A stretch of 64,000 nt of DNA from an uncultured Faecalibacterium sp. (GCA_963931455.1 OZ007013.1:2955457-3019456); one strand, 5' to 3'. Counted from the first letter of the stretch, positions 19,192 through 34,405 are shown. Notes: generated by a model from the sequence alone, not told the origin. Made by a program: numbers and translations.

Positions 19192-19953
19192 ATGAATACA
19201 TGGAATGCAAGCTTTTCCATCCTTCAGAACCCCGCTGTCATGGGTTATCTGCTGAAGGGTGTGGCCTTTACCCTGGTGATCTCGGTGGTGGCCGTCCTGC
19301 TGGGCCTGGTGCTGGGCTCGGTGCTGGCCCTGGCCCGCAACTACTGCAGCCGCGGCCCGGCCCGGATCCTGAAATGGCTGGCCACGGCCTACATCGAACT
19401 GTTCCGCAACACCCCGCTGCTGCTGTGGATCTTCATCTGTTTGGTTTTCCTTCCCCTGCCCGACTTTATGTCCCACAAAATGCTGGGACTCTCTTCGGTG
19501 GAGGTCAAGCTGATGTACAAGGCCGCTGTGGCCCTGATCCTGTTCACCTCCTCGGTCATCGCCGAGATCGTCCGCGGCGGCCTGAACGCCGTGCCCCACG
19601 GCCAGTTTGAGGCAGGCCATGCCCAGGGCTTCAGCACGGTGCAGATCATGATCTATATCGTCCTGCCCCAGGCCTACCGCAACATCATCCCCACCCTGCT
19701 GAGCCAGGTGATCACCACCATCAAGGATTCTTCCTATCTGGCCAACGTGGCCGTCATCGAACTGATGGCCCGGGTCAAGCAGATCATGAGCGCCGCCGGC
19801 CAGTACAACGGCCTGGGGGTCACCAATGCGACCGATGTCTTTGTTCTGTTCGGCTTTGCCTGCGTGATCTACTTTGTCATCAATTTTGCCCTGTCCTGCG
19901 TGGTCCGCTCGATCCAGAAGCGGAAACTCAAGATGCGTCCTGCATCCCTCTGA
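19192..19953 (+). CDS. Polar amino-acid ABC permease
   Basis: Motifs YIELFRNTPLL, AEIVRGGLNAV, IKDSS. Confidence 0.92.
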   Translation: MNTWNASFSILQNPAVMGYLLKGVAFTLVISVVAVLLGLVLGSVLALARNYCSRGPARILKWLATAYIELFRNTPLLLWIFICLVFLPLPDFMSHKMLGLSSVEVKLMYKAAVALILFTSSVIAEIVRGGLNAVPHGQFEAGHAQGFSTVQIMIYIVLPQAYRNIIPTLLSQVITTIKDSSYLANVAVIELMARVKQIMSAAGQYNGLGVTNATDVFVLFGFACVIYFVINFALSCVVRSIQKRKLKMRPASL

Positions 19954-19974
19954 CAGCCGGAAAGGAGTTTTCCC

Positions 19975-20571
19975 ATGAAGCAATATGTTATCACCATTTC
20001 CCGCCAGTTCGGCAGTCTGGGCCGCTCCATTGCCCAGGCCCTTTCCAAGGAGCTGGGGGTGGACTTCTACGACCGTGACATCGTGGAACAGACCGCCAAG
20101 CGGATGGGGCTGCCGGTGTCGGTGATCAGCGACTCGGAAGAAAATTCCAAGTCCATCTATTTCCGCCGGATCTATCCCCTGGGCATGGGCATGACCAGCC
20201 TGAAGGATGAGATTTTCCTGGTGCAGAAGAACATCATCCAGGACCTGGCCAGCAAGAGCTCCTGCATCATCGTGGGCCGCTGCGCCGGCAGCATCCTGGC
20301 GGATTACCCCAATCACCTGGGGGTCTACATCTATGCTCCCTACAGCGAGCGGTTCAAGAACTGTACCCAGCGCTTGGGAATGGATGCGGATACTGCCCAC
20401 AAGATGATTCGGGAAGTGGACCGCTCCCGCCAGCTCTATTACCGCCGCTACTGCCCTGAAGTGAAGGACCCCTTCACCGATCACGACATCATGCTGGACA
20501 GCAGTTCCTTTGGCGTAGAGGGCGCAGCCAGGCTGCTGGCCCACATCGCCCGGGAACGGTTTGCCGATTGA
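19975..20571 (+). CDS. Cytidylate-kinase-like family protein
   Basis: Motifs ITISRQFGSLG, IIVGRCA, D..R..YY..Y. Confidence 0.85.
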   Translation: MKQYVITISRQFGSLGRSIAQALSKELGVDFYDRDIVEQTAKRMGLPVSVISDSEENSKSIYFRRIYPLGMGMTSLKDEIFLVQKNIIQDLASKSSCIIVGRCAGSILADYPNHLGVYIYAPYSERFKNCTQRLGMDADTAHKMIREVDRSRQLYYRRYCPEVKDPFTDHDIMLDSSSFGVEGAARLLAHIARERFAD

Positions 20572-20811
20572 TTCTTCTTTTCTCACTTTGCCCCCTGCCC
20601 AGGCCTTTCTGGTTTGGACAGGGGGCCTTTTGTTTTCCGTCGGGAGAGTTGCCGGGCTGCCTTCCTCCCCCGGCCGCCGTTTAACCGCCGGTTAAGAGCT
20701 TTTGCCTTTTGTTTAACTTCGCCTCTCTTGCAGTACCCTGCGGGATCCTGTACAATAAAAGTACAAAAACACCGATGCGGCGCCGCATCCAGCCAAAGGA
20801 GGAAATAAACC

Positions 20812-21876
20812 ATGGAACTGCAATCTCTGAAAATCGGCGCCAACATCGCCGCGCTGCGCAAAGAAAAGGGCTTCACCCAGGAACAGCTGGCCGCCATGAT
20901 CGGCGTCTCTGCCCCTGCTGTCAGCAAATGGGAAACCGGCAATTCCTACCCCGACATTACACTGCTCTGTCCCCTGGCCCGGGCGCTGGGCACCCATGTG
21001 GACACTCTGCTCCAGTTCGAGGAAACGCTGTCTGACCAGGAGGTGACCCGGCAGGTCAACGCTGTCATCCAGACTGCCATGACCCAAAGCTGTGCAGAGG
21101 CGGAACAGCAGCTCCAGAAACTTCTGCACCGCTACCCCAACTGCACCGCCCTGCAGTTCAACGCTGCCCTGGCCTATGACACCTTCCAGATGGTCGACCC
21201 CGCCGGTCAGAGCCAGTGGCGCAGCCGCAAGCGGGCCCTGCTGGAAGAGGTCCGCGCCTCCGGCAGCGGCGCCTACTGGCAGGTCGCCACCATCCAGCTG
21301 GCCACCATCGCCATCGCCGATGGAGAACTGGAACAGGGAGAGACTTTGCTGCGGGAACTGCCCGAGCGGCCCGGAGACCCCAGCGCCATCTGGGCCCTCT
21401 ATTATCTCAAGAAAGACCAGCCCGAAGAAGCTCTGAAACGCACCCAAAAGCAGCTTTATAAGCTGGCCAACCAGATGGTCTCCTGTCTGGCCACCCTGAT
21501 GAACCCCAAACTCAGCCCCCAGCCCCGGCAGCTGCTGAAAATCTGCCAGGCCTATCAGACCATGGCCCGGACCTTCGGCCTCCCCGACATGAGCGATGCA
21601 CCCATGATGGAATACCATCTCAGGGTGGGCGAGCTGGAGCAGGCTGCCGACTGCTTCGCCCGGTATGTGGAAACCATCACCGGCCCGGTGACCTGGCCGG
21701 ATCAGGATTTGTTCTGCCCCGGCATTCCCATTCAGAAAAAGCCGGAGGTTCAGTCCACTTCCAAGCCCCTGCGGCAGATGCTGCTCCAGGCCATCACCAC
21801 CACGGAACATTACCAGCCGCTGTTTGACTGCCCGGTATTTGCTGCTGCCCTGGAAAAGCTGAAGGCCAGCGTATAA
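20812..21876 (+). CDS. XRE-family HTH regulator with helical (TPR-like) C-terminus
   Basis: Motifs LRKEKGFTQEQLA, AVSKWETG..YPDITLL. Confidence 0.85.
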   Translation: MELQSLKIGANIAALRKEKGFTQEQLAAMIGVSAPAVSKWETGNSYPDITLLCPLARALGTHVDTLLQFEETLSDQEVTRQVNAVIQTAMTQSCAEAEQQLQKLLHRYPNCTALQFNAALAYDTFQMVDPAGQSQWRSRKRALLEEVRASGSGAYWQVATIQLATIAIADGELEQGETLLRELPERPGDPSAIWALYYLKKDQPEEALKRTQKQLYKLANQMVSCLATLMNPKLSPQPRQLLKICQAYQTMARTFGLPDMSDAPMMEYHLRVGELEQAADCFARYVETITGPVTWPDQDLFCPGIPIQKKPEVQSTSKPLRQMLLQAITTTEHYQPLFDCPVFAAALEKLKASV

Positions 21877-22056
21877 GCCCCGCGTGCCTCTATCCATTTT
21901 TGTTCCAAAGGACCTGTTCTCCGCCTTGCCGGGCGCGAAAACAGGTCCTTTTCGGATGGTCCCGTTGTTCCCCGCCCGCTTTGTCTGCGGTTGACTTTCC
22001 CGGCTGCGGACACTATAATCACACCAGACAAATCCAAACGACAGAGGACATACATT

Positions 22057-23691
22057 ATGAAAACAATCTATTACAACGGCACCGTCTATACCGGCGCTCT
22101 GCCTCTGGCCGAGGCCTTCATTGTGCAGGAGGGTCGTTTTGCCTTTGCCGGCACCAGCCGCCAGGCTCTGGAACAGCGGCAGGCGGGCGATCAGCTGGTG
22201 GACCTGCAGGGAAAATTTGTGTGCAGTGGCTTCAATGACAGCCACATGCATCTGCTGGAACTGGGATACACCCTGCAGATGCCTCCTTTGGCAGATCATA
22301 CAGGCAGCCTGGCAGACCTGCTGGACTGCCTGCGGGACTTTCATGCACGGCATCCCAATGGAATCAGCGGCTGGCTGATGGGCCGCGGCTGGAATGAGGA
22401 TCTTTTCTCCGATCTCCACCGCATGCCCGACCGGCATGACCTGGACCAGGTTTCCACCGAGGTTCCCATCTGCATCATCCGCGCCTGCGGCCACTGTCTG
22501 GTGGTGAACAGCCGGGCACTGGAACAGTTGGGGCTCACCGCCGATGTGCCGCAGCCCGCAGGCGGGCGGATCGGCATCCAGAATGGCGAGCTGGACGGCC
22601 GCTTCTTTGACAATGCCATGGACCTGGTCTACGGGGCCATCCCCGCACCTGACAAAAAGGCCTTGAAAGAGATGATTCTCACGGCCTGTCAGGCCCTCAA
22701 TGCTTATGGCATCACCAGCAGCCAGACCGACGATTACTGCGTGTTTCGGGCCATTCCCTGGCAGGTGGTGGATCAGGCCTATCAGGAGCTGAAAGAGGAA
22801 AACCGGCTTACCGTCCGCGTCAACGAGCAGTGCAACTTTGCAACTTACCAGGACCTGCAGGATTTTGTTTCCGCCGGCGGCCGCACCGGGAACGGAGATG
22901 CCATGTTCCGGACCGGGCCGGTTAAAATCATTGGAGACGGGGCCCTTGGGGCCCGCACCGCCCTTTTAAGCCAGCCTTATCAGGATGACCCATCCACCTG
23001 CGGCCTGCCTGTCTATGACCGTGAAACACTTGAAAAGATGATCGGATATGCCCACGCCCACGGCCTCCAGACAGCCACCCACGCCATCGGCGACGCCTGC
23101 CTGGACTGGGTGCTGGATGCCCTGGAAAAAGCCCTTACAGCCCATCCCAGGGCCGATCACCGGCATGGAATCGTTCACTGCCAGATTACCCGGGCTGATC
23201 AGCTGGAGCGAATCCGCCGCCTGCAGCTCCACGTCTATGCCCAGAGCATCTTTCTGGACTATGACATCCATATTGTGGAAGCCCGGGTGGGCAGCCAGCT
23301 GGCCTCCACCAGCTATAATTGGAAAACGCTGCTGCGCAATGGTGTTACCGTGAGCAACGGGTCGGACAGCCCGGTGGAACGGCCCGATGTGATGGCCGGC
23401 ATCCAGTGTGCTGTGACCCGCACCACATTGCGGGATCATCTGGGGCCCTACCTGCCCGATCAAAAATTTACGGTCCAGGAGGCCCTGGACAGTTTTACCA
23501 TTGCCGGGGCCCGGGCCAGCTTTGAGGAATCCTGCAAGGGCCGCATTGCCCCTGGATTTTTGGCAGACTTTGTGGTATTGGGAGAAAACCCCTTCACCAC
23601 TGCCCTGGATCATCTGCACGCCATCCCTGTCTGTGCCACCTATCTGGGGGGACAGTTGGTTTATCAAGCAGCTGGTCAGATGAATCCATGA
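22057..23691 (+). CDS. Amidohydrolase family 3 (YtcJ-like)
   Basis: Motifs GFNDSHMH, HAIGD, HGIVHCQ, GSDSPV, GRIAPGFLADFVVL. Confidence 0.9.
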   Translation: MKTIYYNGTVYTGALPLAEAFIVQEGRFAFAGTSRQALEQRQAGDQLVDLQGKFVCSGFNDSHMHLLELGYTLQMPPLADHTGSLADLLDCLRDFHARHPNGISGWLMGRGWNEDLFSDLHRMPDRHDLDQVSTEVPICIIRACGHCLVVNSRALEQLGLTADVPQPAGGRIGIQNGELDGRFFDNAMDLVYGAIPAPDKKALKEMILTACQALNAYGITSSQTDDYCVFRAIPWQVVDQAYQELKEENRLTVRVNEQCNFATYQDLQDFVSAGGRTGNGDAMFRTGPVKIIGDGALGARTALLSQPYQDDPSTCGLPVYDRETLEKMIGYAHAHGLQTATHAIGDACLDWVLDALEKALTAHPRADHRHGIVHCQITRADQLERIRRLQLHVYAQSIFLDYDIHIVEARVGSQLASTSYNWKTLLRNGVTVSNGSDSPVERPDVMAGIQCAVTRTTLRDHLGPYLPDQKFTVQEALDSFTIAGARASFEESCKGRIAPGFLADFVVLGENPFTTALDHLHAIPVCATYLGGQLVYQAAGQMNP

Positions 23692-23932
23692 GACAGCGGG
23701 AAGTGCTGTACAGAAGCAAATCAGCCCACCCTGCTGTACGTTTTTCAGAGAGAACAAACAGCTTTTGCATCATAACAAAAGCCAGGATTTAAAACAACTT
23801 TCCAAGCGGGCAATACACGTTTTATTCTGCAGCACGATTAACAGAATATTGCAAAATATCCCCCGCGCCCGTGAACTGCACCCCATTTGTTAGACAGTAT
23901 GGTATACTGTTTAGGAAATGGGGTGTTTTTAT

Positions 23933-24289
23933 ATGACCAAAGGACGACGCCGGTATGAAGGAAGCAAAAAGATTGAAATCGTGGAAAAGATACGAAAGGA
24001 AAATCTGAGTTTTAGAGAAGCCTCCAGACTGTATGGAATTCCAGAAAGAAATCTTCGGGATTGGGATCGCATCTATCTGGAAGAAGGGCGCGAAGCGCTT
24101 CTGGTGGAACGCCGTGGCCGGGCGAGTGCTGCCAGCGGAACGGTGAAAGGCCGGAAACCAAAGCTGGACCCGAAGGTAGAGGAAGATCTCATTGCAGAGA
24201 ACCAGCGGCTGCGAATGGAGCTTGACTACTTAAAAAAATTAAGAGCCTTAATTCTGGAAGAGGAACGCCAAAACAAAGAGCAAAAGTAG
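23933..24289 (+). CDS. IS3 transposase OrfA
   Basis: HTH-like sequence; C-terminus ENQRLRMELDYLKKL. Confidence 0.88.
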   Translation: MTKGRRRYEGSKKIEIVEKIRKENLSFREASRLYGIPERNLRDWDRIYLEEGREALLVERRGRASAASGTVKGRKPKLDPKVEEDLIAENQRLRMELDYLKKLRALILEEERQNKEQK

Positions 24290-24315
24290 TCCAGGAGTTA
24301 AGGCAGAAATATCCG

Positions 24316-25134
24316 TTGAAACTGCTGCTGCCACTTGCTGAGCTTCCTCGCAGTACATTCTACTATTATTTGCGTCAATTGAAAAAGCCAGAGAAGTACC
24401 AGATGGTGAAAGAATCAATCGTTACCATCTTCCATGAAAACAAAAAGAGGTATGGATACCGGAGAATTACACAAGAACTGCATAACAACGGACTTTTTGT
24501 GAATCACAAGACCGTCCAAAAGCTCATGAGGCAGCTGGGATTGGTTTGCCAGGTCCGCGCCAGGAAAAAGTATAACTCCTACAAAGGTGAACTTGGAAAG
24601 ATCGCTCCGAACCTTCTGGAACGCCGGTTCAAAGCAGACCAGCCCAACCGCAAGTGGGTCACAGATGTGACAGAATTCAAGGTGAACGGCCAGAAGCTTT
24701 ATCTGTCTCCGATTCTCGATTTGTTCAATGGCGAAGTTGTCAGTTACAGTTTAAGCCGGCATCCCAATTTTAAGCAGATTACGGATATGCTGGAATCTGC
24801 ATTTCAGAAACTGCCGGACAAGGTCGACAACCTGATTCTGCACTCAGACCAGGGCTGGCAATACCAGATGAAACCCTACCAGCGGCTGTTAAAAGCAAAA
24901 GGCATTACACAAAGCATGTCTCGGAAGGCTACTTGTCTCGACAATGCCGTTGCAGAAAACTTCTTTGGATTGCTCAAGACAGAGCTGTTTTATCTGGAAA
25001 AATTTACTTCCATTGACCAGCTTGAGATGGCTATTGTTGCGTACATAGATTACTACAACAATCGCCGAATCAAGCTAAAACTAAACGGCCTGAGCCCTGT
25101 GCAATACAGGATTCAGACCGTTCACGTTGCTTGA
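24316..25134 (+). CDS. IS3 transposase OrfB (probably expressed as a -1 frameshift fusion)
   Basis: Motifs WVTDVTEF, LHSDQGWQY, CLDNAVAENFF. Confidence 0.93.
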   Translation: MKLLLPLAELPRSTFYYYLRQLKKPEKYQMVKESIVTIFHENKKRYGYRRITQELHNNGLFVNHKTVQKLMRQLGLVCQVRARKKYNSYKGELGKIAPNLLERRFKADQPNRKWVTDVTEFKVNGQKLYLSPILDLFNGEVVSYSLSRHPNFKQITDMLESAFQKLPDKVDNLILHSDQGWQYQMKPYQRLLKAKGITQSMSRKATCLDNAVAENFFGLLKTELFYLEKFTSIDQLEMAIVAYIDYYNNRRIKLKLNGLSPVQYRIQTVHVA

Positions 25135-25216
25135 TGTTAAATTTTGTCTAACTTTTGGGGGTCATTTCACTTCGGTGCGGGGGATTTTATATGTGTATTG
25201 TTTTTCTGGCAACGAG

Positions 25217-25250
25217 AAACCCCCTGAGGAATGAATCCTCAGGGGGTTTT
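25217..25250 (-). terminator. rrn operon terminator
   Basis: AAACCCCCTGAGGA...TCCTCAGGGGGTTT hairpin just past 5S. Confidence 0.8.
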
Positions 25251-25256
25251 TAGAGA

Positions 25257-25374
<118 letters not shown>

Positions 25375-25476
25375 GTCTGGGTTTCCCCAGACAATCTCTA
25401 TTCTCTTTTTAGAAGGACGTGCCTTCAGAACTGAATAATAATCTGCTTTGCAATCAGAGTACAAGTGCTTTTACCT

Positions 25477-28308
<2,832 letters not shown>

Positions 28309-28559
28309 AATTGATTGATCTTTCGATCTATCTTAAGCCTCTTATACTCTAATTGCCAACGAAATTATTCCCTTCCGTTTGAAACTGTAGTTTCTTCTTT
28401 AGAAGTTTACTTTTTCGTTTTCGCAGTTATTATTCAGTTCTCAAGGTACATCTCTTTGAGGTTCCTTTGCAGGGCCCTCAAAATTGAACAATATCGATCT
28501 CTTGTTTACGTCACCGACTGATCCGGTCTTACCAGAAGACCAATCAGCCAGACTCCCTA

Positions 28560-30175
<1,616 letters not shown>

Positions 30176-30360
30176 ATGATATTTAATCACTTTTTCAGTG
30201 TTTAAATCCGTTCACTCAGCACGCAATCGCTTGCGTCCTGTATGAATTACTTTTGGAATTTTAAGTGTTTCCAACACTTTAAAGGTTCCGTTACAAGTAT
30301 TCGATATTGTTCAATTTTCAAGGTCCTGTGCGTCGTGGCCTCTCGGCCGGCGACTTGTTT

Positions 30361-30506
30361 ATTTTATCACGTCCGGTCTGGTTTGTCAAGCACTTTTTTC
30401 ATCTTTTTTCAAGTGATTTTGAAGTGCTTTCATGGTTCCGGGCCTTCGCGGAAGTCCGTTCCGCGGGGCGCCTGAGTATAATACTACAGATCCCGCCTTT
30501 TGTCAA
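30361..30506 (-). promoter_or_regulatory. Tandem rrn promoters P1 and P2
   Basis: TTGACA-17-TATTAT (30506-30478) and TTGACA-17-TAAAAT (30389-30361), each with an A-rich UP element. Confidence 0.85.
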
Positions 30507-30608
30507 CCCTTATTTTCATCTTTTTTGATTTTGACTTCCCGCTCACAGTCTGGACAGAAAAAGAGCCGCCTATACACAGTACAGACGGCTCTCCTTTAAA
30601 AAAACCAA

Positions 30609-33020
30609 TCAGCGGATTTCGATATTCAGCTTATACTTCAGGTTGCCCAGAATCTTCTTGACGGTGTGCTCCACCTGCTCGGGCTCCACTTCCTTGGTGG
30701 GATCGGCCAGAACCAGGGAGAATGCCATGCTCTTTTTGCCTTCGCCCACATTCTTGCCGCGGTAGACATCGAACAGAGTGACATCCGTCACCAGCGGGCT
30801 GGCCTTGCGGATGGTATCCTCAATCTCACCGCAGGTGACTGCTTCATCGCAGACCAGGGCCAGGTCACGCTTGACCGAAGCGTAGGGGCTGATGGGCTGA
30901 TAGTGCAGTTCGCCCTCCACACAACCGCACAGGGCTTCGTAATCCAGCTCGCCCAGATAGATGTTCTGGTTTTCCTTTTCATCCTTGGCAATCTTCAGCT
31001 CTGCATTGATCTCATTGGACAGCTTGCCGAAGACGCCCAGCCGCTTGCCCTTGCACCAGACAGAGGCAGCAATGCCGGGATGGAGCCAGGGAGTCCCGGT
31101 CTCCCGCTCATAGGTGAAGCTGACGCCAAGGGATGCAGCCAGTGCCTCCAGGGTACCCTTGACGGTGAAGAAATCCTCGCCGGGGCCAAAAACGCCCAGG
31201 CAAAGGGTCTGCCGCTCGTCGGGACGCTCGGTCAGGGGCAGAGACTTGGGCAGATAGACCGGTGCCATCTCGAACAGACGGCCGGCGGAATTGCCCTTCT
31301 TCAGGTTATCCACAATCACGTTCAGCATGGAGGGAGCCAGCAGGGTCCGCATGATGGACAGGTTCTCGCTGATGGGGTTGAGGATGCGGATGGCCTTGCG
31401 GGCCGAATCTTCTGCCGGGATGTGCAGCATATCCAGCTCTGCCTGAGAGTAGAAAGCCAGAGTGGATGCCTCATAATATCCCTGGCCGGCCAGCAGACGC
31501 TTGACCTTCAGGACACGATGCTGCTCTGCATTCAGGCCGCCATTGGTGACGGCAGCGGTCTTCAGGAAGGTGGGCACAATGTGATCGTAGCCGTACTCGC
31601 GGATCACTTCCTCGGCCAGATCGGGATAGCCCTCCACGTCCTCACGGTAGGGCGGGACACTCACCTTCCACTGACCGTCTTCCACCTTCACCGTGAAGGC
31701 CAGGCGGGTCAGGATATCGATCATGGTCTGGTCCGGGACACGGATGCCCAGCACAGCGCAGATCTTCTCAGGGGTGGTGGTGATCACCTTGGGCTCATTG
31801 GAACGGCCGTCGGTGCAGTCAAACTCCAGGGTGGTGATATCGCCGCAGTCCAGCTCCTGGATCAGGTGCAGGGCGCGGGCCAGGCCCAGCTGGGGCGAAT
31901 GGAAATCCACGCCCTTCTCATACCGGGCGGAAGAATCGCTGGACTGACCCAGAGAGCGGCTGGTTTTGCGCACCGAATCACGGGCGAAGGTGGCGCACTC
32001 AAACAGCAGGCTGTGGGTGTGCTCATCCATGCCGGAGTTGGCGCCGCCCATGACGCCGGCCAGTGCCACCGGCTTCTCTGCGTCGCAGATCACCAGATTG
32101 TTCTCGTTGAGGGTAAACTCCTTCTCGTCCAGGGTGACAATCTTCTCGCCGGGACGGGCGCGGCGGACATCGATGCAGCGGCCTGCCACCTTGTCCAGGT
32201 CAAAGGCGTGCATGGGCTGGCCGATTTCCAGCAGGGTGTGGTTGGTGATATCCACCACGTTGCTGATGGAGCGCAGGCCGCACAGGGCCAGATGGCGCTT
32301 CATCCAGCGGGGCGACTGGCCCATCCGGATGTTGCGGACATAGTGAGCCATATAGCGGGGGCACAGGTCGGGGGCCTCCACCGTCACAGTGATGGGCGCA
32401 TCGGGCTCGCAGACCGTCTTGTAATCGGTGGCGGGCATGTGCAGGGGCTTGTTCAGGACGGCGGCTACCTCCCGGGCGATGCCCAGGATGGACTGACAGT
32501 CGGGGCGGTTGGCAGTGATGGCGATGTCGAAGATGGAATCGTCCAGACCCACCACCGGGCAGATATCCTCGCCGGGGACGGTATCCTCGGGCAGGATCAG
32601 CAGGCCGTAAACATCGGCGCCCGGGTACAGGTCATCGTTCAGGCCCAGCTCTTCGCCCGAGCACAGCATGCCGTTGGACTCAAAGCCCTGCATCATCCGC
32701 TTTTTGATGTGGATCCCGCCGGGCAGCGTGGAACCGTCCAGGGCTGCAGGCACATGGGCACCCACAAAGATGTTGGGGGCGCCGGTGGTGATGTGGATCT
32801 CGTGGCCATAGTCGCCGCAATCCACCACACACTTGCTCAGGTGGGTGCCCTCCTGCTTCTCGATGGAGGTGATGACACCCACCACCACTTTGTCAATTTC
32901 AGCGGACAGATCCATCCGCTCTTCCACCTCGAAACCGCAGGAGAACAGCTTCTCCTCCAGTTCCTCGGCGGTGATATCAATATCGACCAGTTCTTTCAAC
33001 CAGCTGAAAGGTACTTTCAT
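30609..33020 (-). CDS. pheT: Phenylalanine-tRNA ligase beta subunit
   Basis: Motifs MKVPFSWL, ITANRPDC, RYEKGVD, C-terminal FDX-ACB domain. Confidence 0.97.
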   Translation of the reverse strand: MKVPFSWLKELVDIDITAEELEEKLFSCGFEVEERMDLSAEIDKVVVGVITSIEKQEGTHLSKCVVDCGDYGHEIHITTGAPNIFVGAHVPAALDGSTLPGGIHIKKRMMQGFESNGMLCSGEELGLNDDLYPGADVYGLLILPEDTVPGEDICPVVGLDDSIFDIAITANRPDCQSILGIAREVAAVLNKPLHMPATDYKTVCEPDAPITVTVEAPDLCPRYMAHYVRNIRMGQSPRWMKRHLALCGLRSISNVVDITNHTLLEIGQPMHAFDLDKVAGRCIDVRRARPGEKIVTLDEKEFTLNENNLVICDAEKPVALAGVMGGANSGMDEHTHSLLFECATFARDSVRKTSRSLGQSSDSSARYEKGVDFHSPQLGLARALHLIQELDCGDITTLEFDCTDGRSNEPKVITTTPEKICAVLGIRVPDQTMIDILTRLAFTVKVEDGQWKVSVPPYREDVEGYPDLAEEVIREYGYDHIVPTFLKTAAVTNGGLNAEQHRVLKVKRLLAGQGYYEASTLAFYSQAELDMLHIPAEDSARKAIRILNPISENLSIMRTLLAPSMLNVIVDNLKKGNSAGRLFEMAPVYLPKSLPLTERPDERQTLCLGVFGPGEDFFTVKGTLEALAASLGVSFTYERETGTPWLHPGIAASVWCKGKRLGVFGKLSNEINAELKIAKDEKENQNIYLGELDYEALCGCVEGELHYQPISPYASVKRDLALVCDEAVTCGEIEDTIRKASPLVTDVTLFDVYRGKNVGEGKKSMAFSLVLADPTKEVEPEQVEHTVKKILGNLKYKLNIEIR

Positions 33021-33038
33021 CTTAACCCATCCTCCCTC

Positions 33039-34061
33039 TTATTCGTGGAACTGACCCAGGAACCGCAGGTCATTTTCAAACATCAGACCGATGTTGTTGA
33101 TGCCGTACTTCAGCATGGCGATACGCTCGATGCCGATGCCGAATGCGATGCCCGAGTAGACTTCGGGGTCGATGTTGCAGTTGCGGAGCACCTTCTGGTT
33201 GACCACGCCGCCGCCCAGGATCTCGATCCAGCCGGTGTGCTTGCAGAGGCTGCAGCCCTTGCCGTGGCACTCAAAGCAGCTGACGTCCACCTCGACGCTG
33301 GGCTCGGTGAAGGGGAAGTAAGAGGGGCGCAGGCGGGTGCGGACATCGCTGCCGAACAGCCGCTGGACGAAAACGTCCAGCATGCCCTGCAGGTCGCACA
33401 GGGTAATGCCCTTATCCACCACCAGGCCCTCCATCTGATGGAACATGGGGCTGTGGGTTGCATCCGAGTCGGACCGGAACACGCGGCCGGGGACCAGAAC
33501 CTTGATGGGAGGCCGCTCGGCGTCCATGGTGCGGATCTGGCCGGTGGAGGTCTGGGTCCGCAGCAGCAGCTCATCGGTCAGGTAGAAGGTGTCCTGCATA
33601 TCGCGGGCAGGGTGATCCTTGGGGACGTTCAGACGGGTGAAGCAGTGGTCGTCGTCCTCAATTTCGGGGCCCTCGTAAATTTCAAAGCCCATCCCTGCGA
33701 AAGCATCGATGATCTGGTTGCGGACCAGGGTCAGGGGGTGCAGACCGCCGGCGGGGCGGGTCTTGGCGGGCAGGGTGATGTCCACCGTCTCGGCAGCGTT
33801 GCGGGCCGCCAGCTCTGCCTGGTTCACCCGGACAGCGGCAGCGTCATAGTCTGCCTGGACCTTCTGCTTCAGTTCGTTGATGGCCTTGCCCATGGCGGGG
33901 CGCTCGGCCGGGTCAACCGTCCGCAAATTCTTCATCAGAGCGGGCACCTGCCCGTTTTTGCTCAGGTATTTCTGCCAGAACGAGGCCAGCGTCTCTTTGG
34001 AGGCGACCTGTGCAAGGTCCGCTTCGGCCTGTTTTGCCAGCTCTTCAATGATTGCCTGCAT
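33039..34061 (-). CDS. pheS: Phenylalanine-tRNA ligase alpha subunit
   Basis: Motifs HPARDMQDTFY, FHQMEG, FPFTEPS, GIGIERIAM; start corrected to ATG 34061. Confidence 0.97.
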   Translation of the reverse strand: MQAIIEELAKQAEADLAQVASKETLASFWQKYLSKNGQVPALMKNLRTVDPAERPAMGKAINELKQKVQADYDAAAVRVNQAELAARNAAETVDITLPAKTRPAGGLHPLTLVRNQIIDAFAGMGFEIYEGPEIEDDDHCFTRLNVPKDHPARDMQDTFYLTDELLLRTQTSTGQIRTMDAERPPIKVLVPGRVFRSDSDATHSPMFHQMEGLVVDKGITLCDLQGMLDVFVQRLFGSDVRTRLRPSYFPFTEPSVEVDVSCFECHGKGCSLCKHTGWIEILGGGVVNQKVLRNCNIDPEVYSGIAFGIGIERIAMLKYGINNIGLMFENDLRFLGQFHE

Positions 34062-34099
34062 ACAATTACTCTCCTTTTTCAACAGTATCTCGCTGCTTC

Positions 34100-34405
34100 G
34101 GGACGGAACAGAAAAGAGGCCCCGTCCCCCGGCGGCCATCAGGCCAGCCAAGGGACGGAGCCTCTGTCAATTACTCCGTGGTACCACCCAAATTCCGCAC
34201 AGGCGCGACGCTGTGCGGCACTCAAACGCCGTAACGGGGCTCACCGTCCCGCACTACCGGACAGCCAGAGGCCGTCTTTCCCGCGGGCCGCTCGGGAGCG
34301 AACTTCGGTGCTGCTGCCTCCGGGAGCCCTTGCAGCCGGTGGAGCCCCTCTCTGCGCCAGGCGCACAGCATCTACTTTCTCCGTCATCGCGTTTTTTCGT
34401 GATTC
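34100..34405 (-). promoter_or_regulatory. T-box riboswitch, Phe (UUC specifier)
   Basis: AGTA and AGAGA boxes, gaagTTC specifier (34300-34302), T-box GGGTGGTACCACGG (34176-34189), terminator; promoter TTGCAA-17-TACTAT. Confidence 0.9.

Larger units (their letters stand above)
23872..25169 (+). mobile_element. IS3-family (IS150-like) insertion sequence (copy 2)
   Basis: TIRs TGAACTGCACCCC.../...GGGGTCATTTCA; A7 slippery site at 24232-24238 with orfB in the -1 frame; no direct repeat found. Confidence 0.93.

Noticed and set aside
28309-28559. tRNA genes in the 16S-23S spacer
   Set aside because: No cloverleaf or T-loop consensus; only processing-stem sequences complementary to the leader.
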